Assembly (NCBI GenBank): GCA_020348445.1
Contig: CP070751.1
Span: forward strand, 2,149,186-2,213,185
From: Thermoplasmata archaeon
GTDB lineage: Archaea; Thermoplasmatota; Thermoplasmata; GCA-020350865
Direction: 5' to 3'
Length of the DNA: 64,000 bases
Part shown: positions 7,462-16,827 of the stretch, piece after piece
Layout: every line of letters starts with the position of its first letter
Position numbering within the stretch: the stretch's first letter is position 1
Translations under genes and position numbers: made by a program
Notes under the pieces: generated by a model
What the model was told of the DNA's origin: nothing
Seen by the model: the letters and a program-made list of their open reading frames with translations, nothing else
The model's database searches: none

Positions 7462-7935
7462 TCATCGCCTGATGTTCCTTATGATCCTTACACTTGGTCT
7501 TGCCTCATCTTGGGAATGGGTCCCTGTCAAACCGCAATTCGGACAGGTTATAAGCCCGTTTGAACACGTTAAATTCGAATCAAATATGAATTGACATCTG
7601 GGACATACTGCAACTTTCTCTTGGAGGAATTGATAGGTGGTTGGGGTGTCAATCAGCAAATACTTATGGGACATAATCTTTCCCTTGGCCTTCCATGTCT
7701 GCCTCCAATCCATAAAGGATAATGCAACCGTGAGCATGAACAAAGGTAATAGAAAGAAAACCAGGACTATCATCTCGACATGGGCCTCGCCGTAGTTGTT
7801 GATATTTACAGTTGTGCGGTAATCATTGGAGAGATAAGCCGATAAAAACAGCCAAATCAACATAAGAAAAGAACCGAGCATTAAAAAATCCCCGACCAGT
7901 CTTAGACGTTTCATCTTATCGATTTTGCCTGCCAT
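7462..7935 (-). CDS. 2-TM membrane protein with C-terminal Zn ribbon (paralog of 2974..3429)
   Basis: RLVGDFLMLG..L...WLF..AY..N.Y....NIN.YGEAHVEMI shared with the paralog; tail CPRC-x16-CPNCGLTG. Confidence 0.75.
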   Translation of the reverse strand: MAGKIDKMKRLRLVGDFLMLGSFLMLIWLFLSAYLSNDYRTTVNINNYGEAHVEMIVLVFFLLPLFMLTVALSFMDWRQTWKAKGKIMSHKYLLIDTPTTYQFLQEKVAVCPRCQFIFDSNLTCSNGLITCPNCGLTGTHSQDEARPSVRIIRNIRR

Positions 7936-8160
7936 GATTTACACCTAGATGAGATTCTCCCAAGGAGGTATTTGTCTTGAAGATTCTTTATTTTTACGGT
8001 TGACTTGTAAACCTACCCTACGATGGGCAATAGGTCGTAACACCTATTAAAACGTTATTTGGTTATTACCCTAAATATACCATTTTACCTCATTCATAGC
8101 TATATGTAAATTAACGAAAATTTTCTAATACCCAAAAACCATAAGGGGCTCTGTGGGAAG

Positions 8161-9180
8161 ATGGGAGTTAATATATCTGATATAGTTCCAAAAAAGAAAA
8201 GAAGTCTATCTGATTTTGCGGGCAAGTGGGTGGCAATCGACGCCTACAATACCCTTTATCAGTTCCTTTCGATAATAAGGCAGCCTGACGGCACACCCCT
8301 TTCGGACTCCAAGGGAAGATGCACATCCCATCTTGCGGGTTTACTGTACAGAACCACCAATCTCATGGAAATGGGTGTGAAGCCGGTTTATGTTTTCGAC
8401 GGGAAGCCCCATGAGCTTAAAAGTGACACCCTAGAAGAAAGAAGATCTGCAAAGGAACAGGCCAAGAAGGAGTGGGAGCAGGCATTGGCAGAAGGCGACC
8501 TGGAGAGGGCAAAATCCAAGGCCCAAAGAACCTCAGTGCTAACCCAGGAAATGGTGGATGCTTCAAAGGAGCTATTGGGATACCTGGGAATCCCATGCGT
8601 CCAATCACCTAGTGATGGTGAGGCTCAAGCAAGCTACATGGCGAGCAAAGGACACGTTTGGGCAGCTGCATCACAAGATTTTGATTCACTGCTTTTCGGT
8701 GCCCCCACACTTATTAGAAATCTCACAATAACAGGTAAGCGAAAACTTCCCAAGCGAAGGGAGTATGTAAATGTGGAGATTGAAGAGGTAAGATTGGACG
8801 AAGCCTTGGATACCTTAGAGATAACAAGAGAGCAGCTTGTGGACATCGCGATTTTAATCGGAACTGACTTCAACGAGGGAATAAAGGGAATTGGTCCCAA
8901 AAAGGCATTAAAACTGATAAAGAAACATAAGGATCTTGAATCCGTGATGACTGAAAAGGAACTTGAGATCGAGGACTTCCAGGAGATAAGAAACATTTTT
9001 TTATCTCCAGATGTTACAGATGATTATAAAATATCCCTGGGAAAAATCCAAAATGAGAAGGTTGCGCAAATACTTGTTAATGAATATGAATTCTCTGAGA
9101 GCAGGGTGAAAAGCGCCCTAGATAAGGTTATATCTGCAAGAAGCGATGAGGTGCAAAAAAGTTTGGATGAATGGTCATAG
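8161..9180 (+). CDS. fen: Flap endonuclease 1
   Basis: MGV.I..., AIDAYNTLYQFLSIIRQPDGTPL, VFDG, DGEAQA, SQDFDSLLFG, H3TH GTDFN.GIKGIGPKKAL, C-terminal PIP box QKSLDEW. Confidence 0.97.
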   Translation: MGVNISDIVPKKKRSLSDFAGKWVAIDAYNTLYQFLSIIRQPDGTPLSDSKGRCTSHLAGLLYRTTNLMEMGVKPVYVFDGKPHELKSDTLEERRSAKEQAKKEWEQALAEGDLERAKSKAQRTSVLTQEMVDASKELLGYLGIPCVQSPSDGEAQASYMASKGHVWAAASQDFDSLLFGAPTLIRNLTITGKRKLPKRREYVNVEIEEVRLDEALDTLEITREQLVDIAILIGTDFNEGIKGIGPKKALKLIKKHKDLESVMTEKELEIEDFQEIRNIFLSPDVTDDYKISLGKIQNEKVAQILVNEYEFSESRVKSALDKVISARSDEVQKSLDEWS

Positions 9181-9671
9181 AGGGTGATAATACGGACGAA
9201 ACTAATAGAATATTGACTTTCTTTCAAAGCAAGAAAGACGAGATTTTCACGCCAAAGGACATTGCGAAGGCCTGCGCAGTAGATATCCATCGTGTGAGGA
9301 GCATCCTTTCCAAGTTATCGAAGCAAAATAAGATAGAACGTGTAGAGAGAGGTAAATACCGCTTTGCAGAGCATGTTAAATCCAAAATGGATGATAAGGT
9401 AAAACGCTACCTTTCCACCCTCGAAAAGACCTGTGCCATCGCCATTCACGAGCTGATGTTGACTGAGCCACTGGTGGGGAAGAAGGATAAAGCAGAAATC
9501 GAGCATCAAATCGCATATTTTGCCAGAATCCTGGTAAGATCACGATGGGAGCTTGAGCACGGAACAAGCGAGGATTTTGATGTGGATGAGAAGGTTTTCA
9601 AGAGGGCGAGAAAGATCCATGAGTGGTCCAAGATGGTGTTCGAGAAGAGCTTGGCCGAAAAGAAGAAATGA
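9171..9671 (+). CDS. Winged-helix HTH protein
   Basis: IFTPKDIAKA..VD..RVRSILSKL.KQNKIERVERGKYR wHTH pattern; overlaps the fen stop by 10 nt. Confidence 0.6.
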   Translation: MVIEGDNTDETNRILTFFQSKKDEIFTPKDIAKACAVDIHRVRSILSKLSKQNKIERVERGKYRFAEHVKSKMDDKVKRYLSTLEKTCAIAIHELMLTEPLVGKKDKAEIEHQIAYFARILVRSRWELEHGTSEDFDVDEKVFKRARKIHEWSKMVFEKSLAEKKK

Positions 9672-9693
9672 AGTTATGAATTTCTTATGTGGA

Positions 9694-11478
9694 TTAAAGG
9701 GGGACATCCCAGATACATTCTGTTTTTACATGGACGTAATATCCTCTCCCTACCTCGAAATAGTCCGATTCTCCAATCTTTATCCACCTTTGCGTTTTGG
9801 CGTCGTAGGTCCATATGGCATCAATGTGGTCACCGTAAGTGAGGTTGTTTAGGGCATTGGTTCTGTTTTTATTGGTGAGGGAAGGATAGCCAACCATGTT
9901 CCAGCCAGCGTGGAGCATGATCGTTTGGTTTTGAAACAGTCTCATCCCGCTATAGGTGAAAAGTGTCCCTCCAGGAGTTGTGATATGAATCCAGAACCCG
10001 AATTTATGGGTCAACTCATTTAAATCGTTCAAATGAGTAGGCTTTGAAATATGATGGTGTTTCCATAAATCGTTCTTATCTGAAGCGTTATAGTACTGGA
10101 GCGCATCATATTCTCCTTCAATAGATTTAAGAACCGCAGGAAGGGATGTGTTCGATTGCAGAAACGGAATTGAGATCAGATTCCAACCTTGTTGAAGGTA
10201 TGTGGAATTTTCTAAATTGGGATACATTAAAGGGTAGTTATCCCGGGAATCCGAATCAATGACATATGGATTCTTACCGCCACCTCCAATCGTACCTTTA
10301 TCGACTATACCATCACTTCCCAAAACATCTTGTCCTGGCCCAATATAATCGTCGTATGCTCCCTCTCCTGGCTCATCGAAATCTGACCAGTAATTCCCGC
10401 CACTAGGATAACTGTCGTTCCAGAGATTGTCGTTTTCATCATCTATTGCCTGGTTTGTATTGTCCATAATATTGTTGTGATATATTTGGTTGTGATGGGA
10501 TGCGAATATATAAAGGCCGTATTCGTTGTTCGAAATATTGTTGTTGGTGATGATGTTATATGATGAGTCAACGGCAAAGATACCGATTTGGGGATTTGAA
10601 AATATCCTGTTACCCATAACAATATTATATGAGGATGAGTCCAAATCGATTCCGATTGCACTCTCTGAAATATCGTTATTAATAAAGAGATTATGGTTTG
10701 AAGACGTAAAAAGATAAATATTTTCGTTGGGGTTTGAGGATAGATTGTTATTGATTATTGAATTATTTGACGAATATTCTAAATAGATGCCATAATGGCC
10801 ATTAGAATGGATATTATTACCTGCAATGCTATTATTTGATGAATGAGAGAGTCCGATACCGCTTTCAACCCCTGCCCAATAAATATTATTATCTACAATT
10901 TCATTATATGACGATGAGCCGAGATAGATGTTCCAAAACGAGTTTGAAAATATATTATTGGCTATGATGCGATTATTAAATGAATTATCCCCGTATATAC
11001 CGTAAACCCTGTTCAAGGAAATGTTGCTATTTGTTATCTTGTTGTTCGAGGAATAGTTTAAGTAAATGCTATAATTGCCATATGTGATATTGCAATAATT
11101 AATATCTGCGTGACCTGTTAAATTAACCTGAATCCTGTTCCAATCCCCTACAGATGGGGAACTCATATTGGAGGTGAAATTGATCATTCTTTCTGATAAA
11201 CCCCCTGCACTTAAACTTCCATCAATAAATAGTCCATAGTCTCCATTGAACCTCACATCCACACCAGGTTCGATTGTGAGTGTAATATTCTCATCAACAT
11301 ATATATCTCCCTCGATATAGTAGGGACTTTGGGAATGATACCATGTTGTGTTCTCTGCGATGTGTCCACCTGGAATACTAACGCCCCCACCACCGGCATT
11401 TTCCGACTCAAATGTATAAAATCCCAGTAAACTGATAAAGATTATTGAAGATATCAATGCTGACTGAATTTTTCTCAT
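9694..11478 (-). CDS. Secreted NosD/CASH-type parallel beta-helix protein
   Basis: Signal peptide; many GI.L..SS.N.I..N.I.SN repeats; GGNYWSD motif; two C-terminal L..GWN(L/M)(I/V) repeats. Confidence 0.8.
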   Translation of the reverse strand: MRKIQSALISSIIFISLLGFYTFESENAGGGGVSIPGGHIAENTTWYHSQSPYYIEGDIYVDENITLTIEPGVDVRFNGDYGLFIDGSLSAGGLSERMINFTSNMSSPSVGDWNRIQVNLTGHADINYCNITYGNYSIYLNYSSNNKITNSNISLNRVYGIYGDNSFNNRIIANNIFSNSFWNIYLGSSSYNEIVDNNIYWAGVESGIGLSHSSNNSIAGNNIHSNGHYGIYLEYSSNNSIINNNLSSNPNENIYLFTSSNHNLFINNDISESAIGIDLDSSSYNIVMGNRIFSNPQIGIFAVDSSYNIITNNNISNNEYGLYIFASHHNQIYHNNIMDNTNQAIDDENDNLWNDSYPSGGNYWSDFDEPGEGAYDDYIGPGQDVLGSDGIVDKGTIGGGGKNPYVIDSDSRDNYPLMYPNLENSTYLQQGWNLISIPFLQSNTSLPAVLKSIEGEYDALQYYNASDKNDLWKHHHISKPTHLNDLNELTHKFGFWIHITTPGGTLFTYSGMRLFQNQTIMLHAGWNMVGYPSLTNKNRTNALNNLTYGDHIDAIWTYDAKTQRWIKIGESDYFEVGRGYYVHVKTECIWDVPL

Positions 11479-11793
11479 TTATTGGCTTCCCTAAATAAGT
11501 TTAGATTTTCTTAGGATATAACCTTTTTTAATTTTTCGGTAAAATGATGATGTAATTTCGTTGTTCATTCTTTTAATACCTTACCGATTACAAATAGTGA
11601 TACATATTTTGATGATCATGCCAAAAATTCTTTATTTTAGCGGTACATCTATGAACGATCTAAATCGATGCATTTATGATTTAAGGTTATTGAAAAAAGC
11701 CATTCTATTTAATAATAATCCCCCTTCTTTGACTATCCCAGCAAAAATTTATTATGCAACCAAGGCTATAAACCTAAATCCAGAGGGATAGTC

Positions 11794-12120
11794 ATGGAAC
11801 AGGATGATGACAAATTGACAAGGGACAAGGTACTGGCCAACTACTACGGGGACGATAGGGTCACAGCCATGATAACATTGAAGGTTGATACGCAGAATGT
11901 GGAAAAGCTGGCAAGCGAACTCTCGAAAAATGAGGATGTAGAAGATGTGTTCTTGGTCACCGGGGATATCGATATAATTTTGAAGGCACATTTCAAGAAT
12001 TATGAAAGCTGCAACGAATTCGTTTTAAACTCGGTTAGGGCCTTGGAGGGAGTAAAAGACTCAAAAACCCTGATGGTTGTTACCACCTACAAGGAAAGAG
12101 GTTCCCTCAAGCAAAGGTAA
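11794..12120 (+). CDS. Stand-alone Lrp/AsnC ligand-binding (RAM) domain protein
   Basis: VEDVFLVTGDIDIILK...ALEGVKDSKTLMV pattern with no HTH. Confidence 0.75.
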   Translation: MEQDDDKLTRDKVLANYYGDDRVTAMITLKVDTQNVEKLASELSKNEDVEDVFLVTGDIDIILKAHFKNYESCNEFVLNSVRALEGVKDSKTLMVVTTYKERGSLKQR

Positions 12121-12351
12121 AATGGTAGAAAAAAGCTAAAATCCTTTTCAATCTCTTAATTTTCCCACTCTTATTTTCCATCTATCAATTACCAAATTGA
12201 TTTTACCATCCCACATAAAAAGGTCTATCATTTTGTCGGCAATTCCCCTTGTTTTTACGAAAAAACAATCATTTGGACATATACGATTCAAAAGATTTAA
12301 GTGGTGATTTGCGTTATGGGTGTCGATGCGGTTAAAATCCGAGGTGAGCTT

Positions 12352-12609
12352 ATGTCCGATACAAGCACGAGACTCAATCAAGTTATTGAAGTTCTGGACC
12401 AGCTCGCCGAAGACACGTCTGTTCCCAGGAACATAAGACGCGGGGCAACCCAAGCAAAAGAGATACTTTTGAACGCCAACGAGGCCTTGGATTTTAGGAC
12501 TGCCAGCGCGGTTTTTATTTTGGATGAATTGGCAAATGATCCAAACATACCTCTACACGGTAGAACGCTAATATGGAACATAATCTCGCAGCTTGAAACA
12601 ATTAAATAG
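12352..12609 (+). CDS. UPF0147 family protein
   Basis: DTSVPRNIRR.A...A..ILDELANDPNIPLHGRT.IW.I.SQLE; RBS GAGGTGA precedes the ATG at 12352. Confidence 0.9.
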   Translation: MSDTSTRLNQVIEVLDQLAEDTSVPRNIRRGATQAKEILLNANEALDFRTASAVFILDELANDPNIPLHGRTLIWNIISQLETIK

Positions 12610-12658
12610 CACCCAAAGACCGTTATTTATATTATTTAAGAGTGTATTTTCGGAACCG

Positions 12659-13096
12659 ATGATGTTGATTCGGGATTTTCGTGAAAAAGACCTCGTGCAT
12701 GTTTCGAACTTGGTTGTCGAGACATTCAATAGGAACTATAATCCTGAATTTTATATTTCCCTCTTCGAGAGGTGGAAACGAGGTTTTTTGGTGGTTGAAG
12801 ATGAAAGGGGTGTTGTGGGAGTTCTTGTGGCTGCTATTTCCGCACCAAAAGAAGCGAGGATATTGCTTATGGCGATTCGTCCGGAACACAGGGGGAAGGG
12901 AATAGGGACCATGTTACTTTCGGAATTCATTTCAAGATGTTTTATCGCGGATATAAAATCTGTGAGCCTGGAGGTAAGGGTTTCAAACGAAAGCGCCTTG
13001 CGATTCTACAACAACCAAGGCTTCGATGTAATATCACTTCTACCGTCCTACTATGAGGATGGCGAGGCAGGGTACCTAATGAGAAAAGCCTTGTAA
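12659..13096 (+). CDS. rimI: RimI/Ard1-like N-acetyltransferase (GNAT)
   Basis: MAIRPEHRGKGIG acetyl-CoA motif, LEVRVSN..ALRFY, YYEDGE; start moved to the ATG at 12659 to avoid overlap. Confidence 0.85.
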   Translation: MMLIRDFREKDLVHVSNLVVETFNRNYNPEFYISLFERWKRGFLVVEDERGVVGVLVAAISAPKEARILLMAIRPEHRGKGIGTMLLSEFISRCFIADIKSVSLEVRVSNESALRFYNNQGFDVISLLPSYYEDGEAGYLMRKAL

Positions 13097-13113
13097 ACTT
13101 CGATAAGTGGCCC

Positions 13114-14682
13114 TTATTCATAACCTCTTTTATCATCATACGGATATTGGTTCCAATAATGATATGGGCTCGTTTCCTTCTGTGACCTGGAAATATCCGT
13201 GGAGAGACCAGCATAGTACGAGCCGTGTCTCTCTTTTATCTGTTCTTCAATGGTCTTGCTGTGTTTCATTGCCTTTTTAATATGTTTTGCAGAAATGAAC
13301 TTTGATTCCTCTATCACCGCGATATCGCCTGCAGCCCTGATGAGCCCTCCCAACTCCCTAAGACGCAGGCTTAATGCATGGTTTCTGTTATCGATTTCCT
13401 TAGCCCTTCTTAATGATTCATCAATTATCGTCAAAACAGCGTCCTTTGTCGCGTGGGGGATCTTGCCGTCCATGGTTATCTCCTGGGCAACGAATTGAGC
13501 CATCTTGCTGCGGTTTATTTCTGAATCCTCCATTGTTGTCTCAACCAGTATCTCATATCCTGAACCTATGATTCGCGATCTTAATGGGGATAGAATACTG
13601 GGAAGATCCTGAATATTGCAGGCTCCCACAAATATGAAATCGCAGGGCACACCGTTGACCTTAACACTGGCTCCTGCGCTCTGAGGATTTCTCGCCGTTA
13701 TAGGGAAACGCTTTTCCTGCATGGCTGTGAGTATGTACCGCTGCAAATGCCCCAGATGGGGAAGTTCATCAACAAATAAAACACCCTCATGTGCCTCATG
13801 AATAGAACCTGGCACGACCCTCTCAAAGGGTGGGACACCTAGCTGAGGATGTCCTCCGTAGGGATCGTGTTTCACATCCCCCAAAAGCTCTGTTTCACTG
13901 GCCCCTGTTGCAAGGACTACGGGCTTTCTTTCCAGGGGAACCAGAACCTTCCTTGGGTCCACCTTCTCAAACTCCCTGCGTTTTTCAAGGGCTTTTTGGT
14001 CCAGTACCTTGATCCTCTTTCCTGCTCTTTCGAACACCACGACCTCTTCTTTGCCGAAACGCTTTCTTGTTGTGGTCACCCTTTCGTTCTTCTTACCCAG
14101 GGTTCCAACTGTTACTTCGATTAAGCCTCCGAAAATATCACTGAACGGATTGTCAGAGTGTTTCTGTTGTGTGATTTTAATCTCACCGCATTTTGGACAG
14201 AAACGTTCGGAGGCAGAGGAGTAAGCGCCGCAGCTCATGCACTTGTAGCCCAATTTCTCGGCAACATTGATGGGGGCCTCCTTGGGATCGATGAGCTCTC
14301 CCTCTGCAAATTCCCAAGTCTCCCGCTCCTTGTAGACATCATCTTTGCCCTTCACCTCAATAAAGGGCCTTTCAGGATTTTCGGGATTATGAACCACCCT
14401 CACCTCCTCTGTGGGGGGTTGCAATCGCAACGACAAAGCCTGAGCGATCATGGATTTTCCTGTACCGGGAGGGCCAACTAGTAGAAAATGCCTCTTTTGC
14501 GACGCCGCCACATAAGCCAGGTTCACGGCTTCATCCTGACCTATTACCCTCTGAAGCGGATCCTGGGGTATCTGAATATCAGCAGTTGTACTGATACTAT
14601 CAAGGTACAGGACTTTTGATTCGTCCGTACTTTTCTTTGCAGTCTTCGACTTCTGTGCCATTGATTCGACCCCATTTCCCAC
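13114..14682 (-). CDS. LonB-type AAA+ ATPase lacking the protease domain, with Zn-ribbon insert (Lon-2-like)
   Basis: LVGPPGTGKS, LLGDVKHDPY, HEAHEGVLFVDE, PLRSRI.G.GYE, LRLRELGGLIRAAGD; CMSC...CPKC insert; ends without a Ser-Lys protease domain. Confidence 0.85.
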   Translation of the reverse strand: MGNGVESMAQKSKTAKKSTDESKVLYLDSISTTADIQIPQDPLQRVIGQDEAVNLAYVAASQKRHFLLVGPPGTGKSMIAQALSLRLQPPTEEVRVVHNPENPERPFIEVKGKDDVYKERETWEFAEGELIDPKEAPINVAEKLGYKCMSCGAYSSASERFCPKCGEIKITQQKHSDNPFSDIFGGLIEVTVGTLGKKNERVTTTRKRFGKEEVVVFERAGKRIKVLDQKALEKRREFEKVDPRKVLVPLERKPVVLATGASETELLGDVKHDPYGGHPQLGVPPFERVVPGSIHEAHEGVLFVDELPHLGHLQRYILTAMQEKRFPITARNPQSAGASVKVNGVPCDFIFVGACNIQDLPSILSPLRSRIIGSGYEILVETTMEDSEINRSKMAQFVAQEITMDGKIPHATKDAVLTIIDESLRRAKEIDNRNHALSLRLRELGGLIRAAGDIAVIEESKFISAKHIKKAMKHSKTIEEQIKERHGSYYAGLSTDISRSQKETSPYHYWNQYPYDDKRGYE

Positions 14683-14754
14683 TCATTATATTACTATCTG
14701 ATCTATGAGGTTCATTCGATCTTATCAAGATATTGCCAATGTGCATAAGGTGTT

Positions 14755-16047
14755 TTAGTTCAAATCATTTTTGGTAATAATTTCAATAGATGTCACCTGT
14801 TTCGCCACGTTCCCCAATTTACTACCCACAATTGTGGATATACCCTTTTCTGTGGCAATGTCGATCAATCTTTGAGTGATGATTCCGTCGAATATCAGTG
14901 TTTTGACATCACTTGAGGATTTTTTCAGGGTTTCAGCCAGATTTCTTACAGGGGTCTCATCCACCACTGAACCTGATGGATTTAACATCTTGGCCTTGGA
15001 TGTGCCTGACAATTCGCCTAAAATTCCCTTGTATTTTTTCTGTTCCTCGGACAGTATCTTGGTTTTCTGATCGTTTTTTGCTGGCCTTTTACTGGTGGTA
15101 TCCCCTCTTTTGGCTGGTGGTTTTACCCCTCTGTTCTTCTGATTTTTTGTTGTTTGGGGGCCTTGTGGAACCCTTTCTTCGGATTTTGTTGTGGCTGCTG
15201 GCAATTCGATACCCTCCAGACCGTACATCTCCACATACTGCTCGGCAGGTATCTTGTTTCTCAATCCCTTCATAATCTGTTTCTGGGTTAAATCCTCTAC
15301 CTCCCTGGTCTGCGGTGCCCTTGCCACAAAGTCCACTTCAGCCACCTGAAGCAGTTCTCTTAAGATGAGTTCTCCACCTCGATCACCGTCCACAAAGGCT
15401 GTGACCACCCTCTCCTTTGAGAGGTCTTGTATGGATCTGGGGATATTGGTGCCCTCCACGGCTATGGCGTTCTTTATGCCATGTTTGAGGAGGTTCAGCA
15501 CATCAGCCCTTCCTTCCACCACTATAATGGCGTCAGAAGTGGGAACGTTCGGTCCCGCAGGGCATTTATCCTTTCCATAGTGGATGATCTCCTCCACCTG
15601 CACCGATTGTCTCACAGATGCCGTGAGGCTTTCCCCTGTATGATTCGATTCAGCCATGAGTGTGGACAGGAGACTCTTTGCCCTCTCCACTATCTTCTTC
15701 TTTTTTGCCAACCTCACATCCTCGACCTTGGTGATCTCGATGTTGGCTCTGCAGGGTCCCACCCTGTCTATTGTTTCTAAAGCTGAAGCGAGAATGACAG
15801 TTTCCACCTGATCCAGGCTTGAGGGGATGGTAATCTCACCCTCAGATTTGCCCTTGTTTTGACCTATTTCAACCTCAATCCTTCCAATTCTTCCACTTTT
15901 CTGCATATCTCTTAAATCAAGTTCGTTTCCCAAAAGCCCTTCCGTTTGTCCGAAAATAGCACCTACAACATCTGGTTTTTCAACTATACCTTCTGCGACT
16001 ATGCTAGCCCTGATTAGGTACTTTGTAGTGCTTGGGTCTATATTCAT
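14755..16047 (-). CDS. dnaG: Archaeal DnaG-type primase
   Basis: GIVEKPDVVGAIFGQTEGLLG, TOPRIM IIVVEGRADV.NLL...AFVDGDRGG; RBS GAGGTGA before the ATG at 16047. Confidence 0.96.
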   Translation of the reverse strand: MNIDPSTTKYLIRASIVAEGIVEKPDVVGAIFGQTEGLLGNELDLRDMQKSGRIGRIEVEIGQNKGKSEGEITIPSSLDQVETVILASALETIDRVGPCRANIEITKVEDVRLAKKKKIVERAKSLLSTLMAESNHTGESLTASVRQSVQVEEIIHYGKDKCPAGPNVPTSDAIIVVEGRADVLNLLKHGIKNAIAVEGTNIPRSIQDLSKERVVTAFVDGDRGGELILRELLQVAEVDFVARAPQTREVEDLTQKQIMKGLRNKIPAEQYVEMYGLEGIELPAATTKSEERVPQGPQTTKNQKNRGVKPPAKRGDTTSKRPAKNDQKTKILSEEQKKYKGILGELSGTSKAKMLNPSGSVVDETPVRNLAETLKKSSSDVKTLIFDGIITQRLIDIATEKGISTIVGSKLGNVAKQVTSIEIITKNDLN

Positions 16048-16434
16048 GTATTTCACCTCTTTTTATTGGATTTTTTCAGAAAAATGACCTCACCCAAATA
16101 CAGTGGAGACACAGATTCCACCTCCTCTTGAGAGGGAACCTTATTTTCAGTTTTTCCCAAATGAATGCGATTTATTGTCTCAAAGGGTGTAACATTAACT
16201 CATGAATGAATGAAATTGATGATAGTATCATACACTCTTAGTCATTTTCCTGCGCAACCTAATTAACCCTCTCTTTATTTAAAAGTTTCGAAATGCCGGA
16301 ATTTACCTTAGAACCGCTTAAATAATGGCATTTGCCTTGGTTCTTACCATTTAGGATGAAGATATTTTTCATGCAAATTTAATTTGATATAACAAAGAGC
16401 TAAGTTACAAAATCTCAGAAAAGGACCCATTATC

Positions 16435-16827
16435 CTAGGGTTTTCCCGCACCTTGAGTTTTTCTTAACCGAAGACGCTTACCTGCAGGAAAGAACAACCC
16501 AAGTAAAAAAAGGATCAACATACAAGGCATTATGACAAAGAGGGTGAGGATGGTAATGGCAGATGGTAAATTACCACCGATGCTCCTAAGTGCAGCCTGA
16601 ATCGCGATAATAAATATGAACATCGTGATTAGGGTCATTAACACATAGAGGGTTTCCTGAAAGGAGTACCGCCAATCCTCTTTTCCCCTGGGGTATCTCA
16701 ATCCAAGGTAAATGAGCCCAAAAAATATTATTATGCACAGGGCCCACCATAAAGGAACGCCCAGCCAAAGCAACATAACGAAGCCCCCGAGTAAGAGAAA
16801 CAGAAGCATCCAATCCAGATCATTCAC
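16435..16827 (-). CDS. Small multi-TM membrane protein
   Basis: About 4 hydrophobic helices; the start overlaps the AAA gene stop by 8 nt. Confidence 0.65.
   Translation of the reverse strand: MNDLDWMLLFLLLGGFVMLLWLGVPLWWALCIIIFFGLIYLGLRYPRGKEDWRYSFQETLYVLMTLITMFIFIIAIQAALRSIGGNLPSAITILTLFVIMPCMLILFLLGLFFPAGKRLRLRKTQGAGKP

Noticed and set aside
1333-7935. Ubiquitin locus as a mobile anti-phage island (CBASS/Bil-like)
   Set aside because: No cyclase, effector, integrase or flanking att sites were seen and the neighbours are core genes. A defence role is not excluded but is unsupported.
13114-14682. Annotating as a full Lon protease or a pseudogene
   Set aside because: There is no protease domain, the ORF ends cleanly, and a convergent gene follows immediately with no remnant of a protease half.
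16085-16150. Two short hairpins upstream of dnaG as a structured leader RNA
   Set aside because: 5-bp stems are expected by chance and match no family I recognise.
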